Positions 27,341 to 39,480 of a DNA stretch of 64,000 nucleotides are shown here, in pieces. A program made the translations under genes and the position numbers. Positions within the stretch are counted from its first letter, which is position 1. The number at the start of each line of letters is the position of its first letter. The stretch is from the human T2T-CHM13v2.0 reference genome, Homo sapiens: assembly GCF_009914755.1 (NCBI RefSeq), contig NC_060927.1; one strand, 5' to 3'. The notes under the pieces are model-generated. The model did no database searches and was not told the DNA's origin. It saw only the letters and a list, made by a program, of their open reading frames with translations.

Positions 27341-27981
27341 TTTGTATTAAAAATTTCATATTCAACTTTTAACAACTCTCAAAGCTACAAAGTCAAGCTA
27401 ACTCACCATCAGATTTTACCTGCAGTATCTATAGACTTGTGTTAATTCCTTTCTTTCTTGAGGTCCCCAGAATATCCTGATTCCTGAGCTTCCCAGGAAG
27501 TCATTTTCCTTACTTAGCTGTAAGGCCAAAAACTCCATAACTCAATTACCAGGCTGGCTTTCCCAAGAGGACTTTGTAAGCATTGGCTCCAGAAAATCAA
27601 CCTTTATTCCTTAAAACTGATCACATCTGATTCTATGCATTATTTCCAACTGTAACATTCCAGTCAAAGTCTTGGTTATGTAATCGTTTTTTCCAATTAT
27701 GTCCTGTTACAGGAAGAATGGAGACTTATTGAACTTATTCAAACAACTATATTGCCATGAAAATAAGAGTATTGTTATTTGCACAAGTTAAATAAGAGTT
27801 TCTGAATTCTGGAGGGGTCAAAAAGGGAGAAAAAAATAAATGGTTCATTTCTAAGTACAAAAGTATAATCTAATACATTGTTATGAATTATAGATAACTT
27901 AAGAGAAAGGGGAGAAGGGATCCTTAAATCCAGAAAATAGAACACTAAAGCAGGTAAAAACAGCAATACAAACTCACTGGT

Positions 27982-30625
27982 TGTGTTAGTTCATTTTGTG
28001 TTGCTATTAAGGTATACTTAATATTGAGTAATTCAAACTCTTCCAACCTCTGTCTGTTACCCAGTTTCAAAGCTGCTTCCATATTTTCAGATATCTTTAT
28101 AGCAACTTCTTGGTACCAGTTTTTTGTGTCAGTCCATTTGCATTGCTATAAAGGAATATCTGAGACTGAGTAATTTATAATGAAAAGTATTTATTTAGCT
28201 CACAGTTCTGCAGGATATACAAGCATGGCACCAGCACCTGCTTCTGGTGAGGCCTCAGGGAGGTTACAACCATGGCAGAAATTAAAAGGGAAGCCAGCAT
28301 ACCACACAGCAAGAGAGGGAACAAGAGAGAGAAGGAAGTTTCAGGCTCTCTTAAACAACTAGATCTCATATGAACTCAAAGGCTGAGAATTTACTCATTA
28401 CAATGAAGATGACATCAAACCATTCATGAGGGATCTGTCCCCTTGACCCAGACACCTCCCACTAGGCCCACCTTCAACATTGGAGGTCGCATTTCAACAA
28501 GAAATTTGGAGAGGACAAAAGATCCAAACCGTATCATTTCAAAATATAATAATCTCTTTCCAATAGTCCCCAAAAATCTTAAATCATTCCAGCATCACTC
28601 CAAAGTCCAAAGTTCAAAGTCTCATCTGAGACTCAAGGCAAGTTCCTCCCACTTCTGAGCTATTTTGAGCTAAATAAAAAACCATCTAAATTGACTTCCA
28701 AGATGCAATGGTGATACAGGCATTAGGTAAACATTTCCATTCCAAAAGAGAGAAATCAGCCAAAAAAAAAGAGGCAACAAGCCCTATACAATTCTGAAAC
28801 CCAGCAGGGCAGTTATTTAATCTTAAAGCTCCAAAATAATCTCCTTTGACTCCATGTCCCACATCCAGGGCACACTGGTGCAAGGGTTGGTTTCCCAAGG
28901 CCTTGGACAGTTCTGCCACTTTGCAGAACTTAAATCCAGAAAATAGAACACTAAAGCAGATAAAAACAGCAACACAAACTCACTGGTTGTGTTTTTTTGT
29001 TTGTTTGTTTTTGTTTTTTTGCAGGGTGCAGACCCCACAGCAGCCCCCAACCAACTCATGGGTTGGAGTTGAGTGCCTGCATTTTTTCAAGGCACAGGGC
29101 ACAAGCTGCTGGTGAGTCTACCATTCTGGGGTTTAGAAGGTGGTGGCCACCTTCCCATAGCTCCCTTGGGCAGTGTCCTGTTAGGGAACTCTTTGTACTG
29201 TCCTAGTAGAGGCTCTTCCTCTGTAGAAGGCTTCTGCCTGGACACCTGGGCTTTCCCATACATCTTCTGAAATCTAGGGTGAAGATTCCAAGCCTTCTTC
29301 ATGCCTGCATTCTGTGCACCTTAAGGCTTAGCACCACATGGAAGTTACCAAGGCTTATAGCTTGCACCCTCTGGAGTGGTGGCCTGAGCTGTACCTGGGG
29401 CCCTTTGAGCTGTGGCTGTAGATAGAACAGCTGGAATGTGGGGAGCAGTGTCCTGAGTCTGAGCAGGGCAATGGGACATGTCTGGACCCAGAAACCATAC
29501 TTTCCTCCTAAACCTCTGGGACTGTGATGGGAGGGGCTGCCTGGGAAATCTCTGAAATGCCTCTTTAAGGCCTTTTCCCCATTGTCTTGGCTATTAGCAC
29601 TTGTTTCCCATTTAATCAGGCTAATCTCTCTAGCAAGTGGTTGCCTAGAAGCCAGCTTCAGCTTCTCTCCTGCAAATGCTCTTCCCTTCTCTACAACATG
29701 GCCAGGCTGTGAGCTTTCCAAACTTTTAAACTCTGCTTCCTTTTTATTCATAAATTCTGACTTTAAGTCTTACTTTGCTCCTGTATCTGATTGTGGGCTA
29801 TTAGAAGCACCCAGGCTATGTCTTGAACACTTTGCTGCTTAGAAATTTTTGCTTCCAGATACCTTAAGTGATCACTCTTAAGTTTATACCTCCACAGACC
29901 CACAGGACGTGGACACAATGCAGCCAAGTTCTCTGCTGAGGTGTAATAAGGGTGGTCTTTGGTCCATTTCCCAGTAACTTCCTCATTTCCATCTGAGACT
30001 TTGTCATCCTGGCCTTCACTGTCCATATTTACATCTGTATTTTGGTCACAACCATTTAACAAATCTCTAAGAAGTTCCAAAATTTCCCTTATCTTCCAGT
30101 CTTCTTCTGAGCCCTCCAAACTCTTCCAACCTCTCTCCATTACCCAGTTCCAAAGCTGTTTCCAAATTTTCAGGTATTTTTATAGTAATGCCCTATTCCT
30201 CAGTACCAATTTTCTGTGTTAGTCCATTTGTATTACTATAAAAGAATACCTAAGACAGGATAATTTATACAGAAGTTTATTTTGGCTCACAGTTCTGCAG
30301 GATATACAAGTATGGCACCAGCACCTGCCTCTGGTGAGGCCTCAGGAACTCAGGAAGGTTACAATAATGGCAGAAAATGAAGTGGGAGCTGGTATATCAC
30401 ATGGTAAGATGGGGAGAAAGAGAGAAAGAAGGAAGTTTCAGGCTCCTTTAAGCAACCAGGTCTTGTGTGAACTCATAGAAAACTTATTACTGTGAAGATG
30501 ACACCAAGCCATTCATGAGGGATCCAACCCCATGACCGAAACACCTCCCATTAGGCCCACCACCAACATTGGAGGTCACATTTTAACATGAGATTTTGAG
30601 AGGATAAAGCATCCAAACCATATCA
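27982..30625 (-). mobile_element. MSTB-like MaLR provirus, LTRs 30215-30625 and 28125-28536, plus an extra internal/LTR stub at 27982-28124
   Basis: 5-bp TSD CTGGT at 27977-27981 and 30626-30630; both LTRs contain ATGGCACCAGCACCTGC.TCTGGTGAGGCCTCAGG. Confidence 0.92.
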
Positions 30626-31976
30626 CTGGTTTATCTACACTTTATTTTTTAATCTCAATTGTGTTTCTGGCAGATGAAATAAGTTTACCTACTCAATATG
30701 AAGGCTAACACTTTTTACCAATATTTGTGCAGGTGAGTTTTAAGACTTTTCATTTTACCCTGATATGTAATCTTATAGATTTGTGTACTAAATTTTAGAT
30801 ACGTGACTCAGGGATATTAAATAACTGTCTGATGTATCTGCATCCCTTCTGAGTGGATAAAATATCCAATCTGTTTTCTATCAGACTTTCTGTTCCCTTT
30901 TCAGCCTCAGGTGGTTCCTTTTGGGTATTCCTGAATCTTTTGAAACACCTGATGAGGGTAGAGGGCTAAAGTTATAGTGACTATAGGGAGTTGAGGGGCT
31001 GATGTAGACAGGGAAAAGTCTGGCAGAGATAGACAGAGGGATAGAGGAGGTGGGGGATTGAAGAGAGACATATTAAAGGATTCAAGCAGCTAAAGGGAAA
31101 ATCAAAAATAGTAAAAGAAAGAAAGAGAAACAGACGTAACGGGAAAGAAGTAGTCTTAGAGAAGCCAGTTTGGAGTGATCTTATATTTCCAAAAGAGATC
31201 ACTAAAGTTTCAAATTATCCTTAACAAAATCATGACAACGAGAAAGGAAAGAGCTAGTGTCATAGTTGGGTAGCATATAGTTGGCAGGACTTCAAGAAGG
31301 GAGAGAAGTCTGACTTAAAAGCTCCCATGTTCTTAATTAATAATACCTTGCAAACAGAAGCTGAGGACACTAACTCAGCTTTGTTTGCTTGGAACTCTAA
31401 CTCAGCTTCTAACAGAAAGGCCTCATGAAGATCTAGGAGAAAATTCCAGGCCAGGAGTCTGTAAGTTCATCTCCACTAGAAACAAGAAGGTGAGAAAACT
31501 TCCATCTAAGAATATTATTGCTCAAACAGGTAATTTTAAGCCTGGGACTCTAATATAGCTTCAGAGGGCATACTGAGAATCTTAAGAATCAAAATCTGTC
31601 CTTACTGTGCTTAAATGGACTGTCCTCTGGAGCACTGGTTTAGGAGATGGACCCGGCAATGGAGTCCTGATCAACCAGTCAGGAGGAGTAAAGACAAAGA
31701 CTTCAAAGGGGCTTACTTGGGGTTCTGAGTGAGAGCAGGATTCTTGCTGAAACTAGGCAATGCAGGTTTGGCAAGCACAGGTGCAATGGGGCTTGAAGGG
31801 TTGTAGATCCAGTCTTAGTCCACAGACGATTTGCAGAAGCCTGACTAAAGTTTAATCGAGGAGAAAGTCTTTGTCAGTCTGTGGGGGATATTTGTCTCAC
31901 CAGTATTGAATACTACCATATTTCAATTTTTTTCTGGTTTAATAATTACAAAAAGAAATTGTTCTCATGTCCTTCA

Positions 31977-31994
31977 GTTCTCTTTCTTTCTTTC

Positions 31995-32061
<67 letters not shown>

Positions 32062-32070
32062 CTTTCTTTC
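31977..32070. repeat. (TTTC)n microsatellite
   Basis: Long TTTC array with TC interruptions. Confidence 0.98.
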
Positions 32071-32155
32071 CTTATTAGAAATGTTAAGTATTTTTTGCTG
32101 AGGTTTAGTTGGCCATGTGGAAAATAAATTTTTCTTAGTGATTTTTTCAGGTCTC

Positions 32156-34398
32156 TGTATCAGGTCATTCTTGCATTGCTATCAAGAAATATATGAGACT
32201 GGGTTATTTATAAAGAAAATAGGCTTAATTGGCTCACACTTCTACAGGCTTTACAAGAAGTACGGTGCTGGCATCTGCTTGGCTTCTAGAAGGTGAAGGG
32301 TGAGCAGGCATGTAACAAGGTGAAAATGTGAGCAAGGGAGAGAGAGTGAGGGGGGAGATGCTACACACTTTTAAAATGACCAAATCTCATGAGAAATTAC
32401 TCACCATTGTGAAGGCATCACCATACCATGAGGGATCCACTCCCATAACCCAAACACGTCCCACTAGGCCCCACTTTCAGCATTGGGGATTACAATTCAA
32501 CATGAGATTTGGCTAGGGATAAATATCCATACTATATCATTCAACCTCTGGATCCTCTAAATCTCATGTCTTTCTCACATTGCAAAATACAATCATCCCT
32601 TCTCAATAGTCCCCTCAAAGTCTTATTTTAGCATTAACTCAAAAGTCCAAAGTCCAAAGTCTTATCTGAGACAAGGTAAGTCCCTTCTACTTATAACCCT
32701 ATAAAATAAACAAGTTAATTACTTCCAAGATACAATGGGGGTATGGGCACTGCATAAACATTTCCATTCCAAAAGGGAGAAATCAGACCAAAGAGAGGGT
32801 CTACAGGCCCTGTGTAAGTTTTAAACCCAACAGGGGAGTCATTACACCTTAAAGCTCCAAAATAATCTCCTTTGATTCTGTGTCCCATATCCAGGGCACG
32901 TTGATGCAAGGGGTAGGCTCCCAAGGCTTTAGGAATCTGCTTCTGTGGCATTGCAGGGTTTAGCCCCTATGGCTGCTCTCATAGTTTGTTCAGTACCTGT
33001 GGCTTTTCCAAGTGTGGGGTGCAAGCTGCTGGTAGATCTACTATTCTGGGATCTGGAGGGTGGCAGCCCCCTTTCCACAGCTCCACTAGGCAATACCACA
33101 GTGAGAACGTGTGGGGGCTCTGACCCCATATTTCCCCTCCTCACTGCCCTAGTAGAGGTTCTCTGTGAGGGCTTTGCCCCTGTAACAGGCTTCTACCTGG
33201 ACACCCAGGCTTTTACATACATACTCTGAAATCTAAGTGGAGGCAAAACCTCCTTAACACTTGCATTCTATGCACCTGCAGGCTTAACACCATGTGGAAG
33301 CTGCCAAGGCTTATGTCTTGCATTCTCCAAAGTAGCAGTTGAAGCTGTATTTGGGCCTATTCGAGCCCTCCCTGGAGTTGGAGCAGCCAGGATATGGGAA
33401 GCAATGTCCCAGGCTGCACAGGGAAGTGAGGCCCTGGGCCTGCTCAACAAAACCATTCTTTCTTCCTAAGCCTCTGGGCCTGTGATGGGAGTGGCTGAGG
33501 GGAAGATCTCTGAAATGCCTTTGAGGCCTTTTCCCCATTGTCTTGGATAAGAGCACTTGGCTCTTTTTCAATTATGCAAATTTCTCTAGCAATAGGTTGC
33601 TCTGCAGCCTACTTAAATTCCTCTCCTAACAATTTTGCAAATTCTTATAGCAGATTTTCCAACAGCATATTTTCCAAATTTTTATGCTCTGCTTCTCTTT
33701 TAAATATAACTTCCAACTTTAGGTCATTTCTTTATTCCCACATATGAGCATAAACTGTTAGAAGGAGTCAAGCCACATGTTGAACACTTTGCTGCTAAGA
33801 AATTTCTTCTGCTAGATACTCTAAATCATCACTTTGAAGTTCAAAAACTTCCACAGATCCCCAGAGTATGAACAGAATGCAGCCAAATGCTTTACTAATG
33901 CATACCACTGGTGACCTTTGCTTTGGTTCCCAATAAATTCCTCATTTCCATCTGAGACCTTGGTAGCCTGGACTTCACCGTCCATATCACTATCAGCATT
34001 TTAGTCACAAGTATTTAACCAGTCTCTAAAAAGTTCCAAACTTTTCTGTCTTCTTCCGAGCCCTCTGAACTCTTCCAAGCCCTGCCCATTACCCAGTTCC
34101 AAAGCTGCTTTCACATTCTCAGGTATCTTTATAGCAATGCCCTCTTCAGTACCAAATTTCTGCCATTCTTCCATTGCTGTAAAGAAATATATGAGACTGG
34201 GTGGTGTCTACAGAAAAGAAGTTTAATTGGCTCACAGGTCTGCAGGCTTTACAGGAAGCAGGGTGTTGACATTTGCTTGACTTCTAGGGAGGCCTCAGGA
34301 AGCTTACAATCATGGAAGAAGGTGAAGGTGAGGAGATTTGTCACATGGTGAAAATGGGAGCAAGAGAGAGAGGGAGTGGGGAGGTGCCATACACTATA
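32156..34398 (-). mobile_element. MST (A/B-like) MaLR provirus; LTR 32156-32539, internally deleted LTR 34161-34398
   Basis: MaLR internal sequence homologous to 28540-30214; TSD GTCTC at 32151-32155 and 34399-34403. Confidence 0.9.
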
Positions 34399-35249
34399 GT
34401 CTCTCTACATATCCAGCCTTCTAAACTGTGAGTACTTGGGAATATAGCAATGGCTTTCCCTTGCTGTCCTATTTGACCACTCACTTAAATTTACTGACCA
34501 TTCTAAGTTTATTAATATTGGAAGCTCTTTTGTAACTTTTCTTACATATAAACTTACCACAACATATTAGAAGCAAATAGCTTTCTATTTACACATGTAT
34601 ATAAAATTAAATATTTATGCATGTAAGATATACATGTGTCTACATGTATGTTTAATACAGTGGAATAATGTTTCAGACAGGCGATGAACACATTTAATAT
34701 ATATTAACATAGAAAGCATTGTAATAAACATCAGCATTAATAGCTTTTTGAGATCAATTTAGTTATGGATCCATTTTAACCTGTTCTCTAATGGTTAAAG
34801 TTAAATAGTATTATAGAGACAATGTAATTGAGAACAGAATGGCCACTGGAAAAGGAAATTGGTGGGGGATTGAAACTTAACGGTAAGTAGACTTGAATTG
34901 CATCCTTAATGGTGACTTTTAAAAGCATTGTTAATCTGTCAGCATGTGGATAGCATTTGTAGTACTTGCATACACCTTCACAGTGTCCAGAACCTACCAA
35001 ATGTTTTCCATTAAGAAAAAGCCTCTTCTTCCATTAAAAAAAGAGAGTATTTGTTATGACTTCAATAAACAAATATTATAGAGTACAAGAAAAACTTCTA
35101 AGGCACGTGAAGGAAATTAGACTTTGTTCCTGGCCCTGTTAGGGAGGTAAGGCATAAACATGAGTTAAGCAATCAGAAGAAGTGTGCCCAATATCACTAA
35201 ACCATAGGAATCTTAACTGAAAATAAAGACTAATACAGAAAACAAAAAT

Positions 35250-36240
35250 ACCTGGAAGTGAAGAAAGGAGGGTTGACTGGTGTGGCAGAAGTGGTGTGGA
35301 ATTGAATCCCTATGCAGAAAGTGGATTCTAGCTGGTTCTTGAAGAATGGATACAATTTGTACATTTGGAGATAAAAGGAGAGCATATTTACTTCATGGGG
35401 GGATAAAACGTTCCAGAAACTATTTTGGTTAGAGAACTAGAGAATTGGAATGAACTAGAAATAAGATTTGTACAACCATCTCTCAACCAAAAAAAGGGTC
35501 CAGGTACACTGACATGAGCTGAAGTTTTCCCAGATTGAGCCCTGAAGGAAGAAAGATATGACCTATGACTGAAACACAGAATCAAGGGATGTCTCAAAAA
35601 ATAGCACCAAGAGCAAAAACTAATAAAAATCAAAGAGACCGGCCCAGAAGTGACCAACCATGTACTTTGGACATGGTTTTCTGGGCTGGTCTCTTTGGAG
35701 AGCAGAATTTAGATGGGCATGCAATAGGCAGAAATTAGGGATTCTCCAATGTGTTTATATATACTTATAGTAAGGAATGCAACTATAGAGACTGTCACCT
35801 CATCTGTGGCTGGAGATGGAGCTGCTAAGGCTATCATGCAGATTCCAATACAAATTTGGAATGCTAGTTTGGGACCAAATTATCAGGAATTGTAACTTTT
35901 AGACTGGGGACAGTCATAAATTTTAATTTACTCTGGAGGCAGTGATGATCTCCTGGAAGTTGGGGTAGAACTAACTGATGAAAGAAAACAATAAATTTAG
36001 AAAGATGACATAGGAGGTTGTTTGTGTATCCCAAGGTAAGTGGTGATAAGGATATTACCCAGAAATTTAGAAATGCGAATAGAAAAAATGAAAAAGATAT
36101 GGGGCATTGAGAAAAAAAAGAGTTGTTAAGATTCAGTGATTATTTGGCTTCCAAAAGTGAGATCAATAACCGAATTGAGTCAAAGACAATTCTAAGGACT
36201 TGAGAATAGTAACTGGGAGAATATTCTGGGAGAACTGATG
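35250..36240 (-). mobile_element. Decayed L2 fragments
   Basis: TTCTTGAAGAATGGATACAATTTG...; TTAAGATTCAGTGATTATTTGG...GAGTCAAAGACAATTCTAAGG. Confidence 0.45.
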
Positions 36241-36783
36241 GGGGACAGGGAGTGTGAAGTTTACGGTTCTTTCAGTTGGCAGGTGTGGAAAGTAAAGCAT
36301 AAAGATTAAGTTATTTACTAAATTTAACTAATCAAGAATTTGTAGCCAACTAAGTTCCTGAGGCCTCACTATTTTATAAAGGTAAAATAAATCTATATTT
36401 ATTAACAAGTATCCATTTGTTATTATGATTGGCTCAAGCATTTTATTTTATTTTTCATGCAAATTGGCACAGCATTTTCTGTTTGAGTCAGCATGAATTA
36501 GTTAAGCTTAACTCTAATGATTTTGACCTGGTTTCTTGGGAACAGATGCTATTTTACTTCGTGTAGTATCTTTGGAGCTAGCTACCAGGATGGGAATGAT
36601 CTTTTTGAAACCAAAGTTCACGCACCATTGAAATTTCTTCAGGTTACAGGCCAGTTGTGGTCTATCACAACTTTGAAACTTTTGTAGAGGAAGAAGACAA
36701 AGAGGCATTAGGAAAAGATACAGCAAGACAGTTGCCAAGGAGGTAAGAGATAGGAGAAGACACAATAAAATAAGATTTGAGAA

Positions 36784-36951
36784 CAGTGCTTCTTAAACTT
36801 TAATGTGTATACAAATCACTTGAGGGATTTTTTTTGAAAGGCAAACTTTGATTCAGTAGTTCTGTGGAAAGGCCCAACAGTCTGTTATTCTAACATGCTC
36901 TCGGGAGATGCTAATGCTGTTGATCCCTGGACCACATTTTGAGTAGCTAGG
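36784..36951. mobile_element. MER5B-like hAT-Charlie MITE
   Basis: CAGTGCTTCTTAAACTTTAATGTGTATACAAATCAC...GATTCAGTAG...GGACCACATTTTGAGTAGC. Confidence 0.8.
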
Positions 36952-36999
36952 TGCTAGCAATCAAAGGAGAGGATTTTAAACTAAAAAAGGTTTCTGTGC

Positions 37000-38070
37000 T
37001 GCATTCTTTCACATTGCATTTTCAAACCCGCTCTCCACCCTTTTCCACCTTGCAGTATGTCCAGGAGGTTGCCCTTTATGGAGTACAAGAGTGGGATTCT
37101 TTGCTCTGGCTTCCTGTTGGTTTTGGGCATTACCTAAGAGGCATCAGCAGAAACTGGAAAGAGAAATGTGATTGAGGACTTGGTATTTACAGTTAGTTTC
37201 ACTCTACCAGGACATATGAATTCGTAAAAATCACCACAGTGTGTAAAATAATGCCATTAAAACCACAGAGTTATGGGAAGATGGTATTAGGGGCACAACA
37301 TTCAAAAACTTTGTCAGTGACACACATACACACAAAGATGGGAACCTAATAAAAGCTGCAGAACAGTTTTGTACTTGTTAAATGCTTAAGAATACTCATA
37401 AATATGACAATCAATATGGTACTTTACCTTGAAGAGCACCTGAAGTATGCTTGTGGGTATTAGAAAGGTTGCAGATTGTGAGGTACTATGAAGTGGTAGA
37501 AAAAATATCATCTGAAATTGGAAGAAAATTTGTAATACCAGATGTGAATGGATGTGGATCATAACACACTCAATGAACTGAGGTAGCTGGGAGATATTTG
37601 AGGTGAATGTATGTGTGTGTTTTGTGTATTCCTACCAAGTGTGGTTCAATTCTGCAATTTTGTCTGTTCACCTAGTATTTCCTATATGTGAATTTGTGCA
37701 TAAGAAAAAATCAAATTTGGTTATATTCAAATTATTTTGCAACATATCAACAGCATTGGAACAAATCTGCACTTAAGATCTGTGATGCTCGTTGCTCCAG
37801 CACCCTACTTAGAGACATGACTCTTGTAGTATCCTCTCCTATAGCTACAGAAATTACTCCTAAGTTATGACAACCACTATTCATTCACCTTGTCCTTCTG
37901 ACCCAGGGGTTGTAACAGCTCCCTGCTATTTCTAACTTTGGATGATTTCATGGTTGACTCTTAGTTTCATTTAACCTTGTTCACATCTTTGTAAATAGTT
38001 CCTTTAATGCATGCCCATCAATTGCCTATGCTGTTTGAGTTTGCCACGTGGGTCTTTCCAGTCCCCAGAC
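37000..38070 (+). mobile_element. LTR33-like ERVL LTR split by a Tigger-type insertion
   Basis: CTTTGCTCTGGCTTCCTGTTGGTTTTGG before the insertion and GTAACAGCTCCCTGCT...CATCTTTGTAAATAGTTCCTTTA after it. Confidence 0.55.
37189..37780. mobile_element. MER82-like TcMar-Tigger element
   Basis: TA-CAGT start; TAAAACCACAGAGTTATGGGAAGATGGTATTAGGGGCACAACATTCAAAAACTTTGTCAGTGACAC. Confidence 0.65.
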
Positions 38071-38219
38071 AATGTTCAAAAGTGATTAGTGATGTAAAGA
38101 GATCAAGTAGAATTAGGGCTTGGTATCAGCCTTTGAATTTAATTATTATTGATGTCAACTAATTGATATTTTAATGCACTGGTTCGACACACCGTGGCCA
38201 GCCAGACCCATTACAAAAA

Positions 38220-38790
38220 GTAAGTTAGATCAAGCCATCCCCTTTCTCAAAACCTTATGATGGCTTCATTTTGGTCTTAGAGTAAAACCAGTGGTACTTT
38301 CAATGGCTTAGAAGACTCCACATAGCCTGGTTTCTTGCTGCATCTCTGAATTCACCACATTTCAGGATCAATCATTTATTTTTCTCCCTTTGTTCCAATA
38401 ACACTGGCCTTCTTGTGGTCTTTGAACATGCCAGGTGGGCTTCTGCCTCAGGTCCTTTGCGTTGGGTCTTCCTCTTATCTGGAACATACTCTCCAATATA
38501 TTTACATGGTTAAGTCTTTCCTCTTCAAGTATTTATTTAAATGTTATCCTTTCAATGAAATTTATTTTGATCTCCCATTTAGAATGCAACTCAGTCCCCA
38601 CAATATATTGGCCCTCTTAACAAGCTCTATTTTGTTTTCCACAGCACTGCCATGTTTTAACATGCTGTGTTATTTATTTACTTGTTTTTTAAATCTTTTT
38701 TGACTTTCAATACTAACTAGAATAAAATTTCTCGGGGGGCTGAAAATTTGGGGTCTAGTTTTTAAATAGGTATTTCCCAAATTATGAATG
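38220..38790 (+). mobile_element. L2a 3' region
   Basis: GTTAGATCA...CTCAAAACCTT...ACACTGGCCTTCTTG...CTGCCTCAGGTCCTTTGC. Confidence 0.7.
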
Positions 38791-39099
38791 AACTGTCAAA
38801 TGTGTGAAGATGCCACTACTGATGCAACATGTGCTTTGGGTTTTCTTTTCAATAATGTAGACAGGTGTTTGTGGATGTATCTTAACTGAACACATTTGAA
38901 GGCTATTTTCTGAATGAAGAGTACAATTTGTAACCAAGAACGCATTTTCTAAGTATGAAGGTACTTGACTTTTCTGACTGATCAGACTATTCATTCACTG
39001 AAAAACTAAGTGATATTGTCCAAATTAAAATATTTTCAAGTTATAAAGATATTACTTTAATGAAAAGTTGGGAGGGGGGCTACCAAATTACCACAGGCC

Positions 39100-39480
39100 C
39101 TTGGAAATCATCCCAGAAGTCTAATGCCTGACCCATCTAGGAATCTTCTTAACATCATCACTGAAGCTAATCATCCAGTCACAGCTTAAAAACATTTCAG
39201 GTTCTGGTTTACATTTTATTAGGTTTTAATTAGAAGTCATTGTTTGAATGAAAAAAAGTGTTCCTGTTCAATAGCTCCATGCAGGCACTATGGCAATAAC
39301 AGCACAATTTCTTCCATTAAAAACAGGACTTCTTTTTGTGTTTGAGGTTCATTTCTATAAAGCTCTGAAACCTGGAAATTCTCCCTTGCAGTCTAAGCCA
39401 CACTTAGCCTTATTTTTTGTCAGAACACAAATAGAATCTTGTCCACTTTTCAATATTTATCTGTATTTTGCTAGAAAGAG
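39100..39480 (-). mobile_element. Possible L3/CR1 remnant
   Basis: TCATCCAGTCACAGCTTAAAAACATTTCAG resembles the antisense L3 3' end. Confidence 0.35.

Larger units (their letters stand above)
26387..31876 (-). mobile_element. ERV1 MER4-group (MER31-like) internal sequence and partial LTR, host of later MaLR insertions
   Basis: ATTAGTTTTGGCCTGATTATTTACATAAGTG...TTTGCTTTGCTGGAA and CTTCTTGAGGTCCCCA-like motifs; minus-strand LTR start TGACAAAGACTTTCTCCTCGATTAAACTTTAGTCAGGCT at 31876. Confidence 0.6.
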
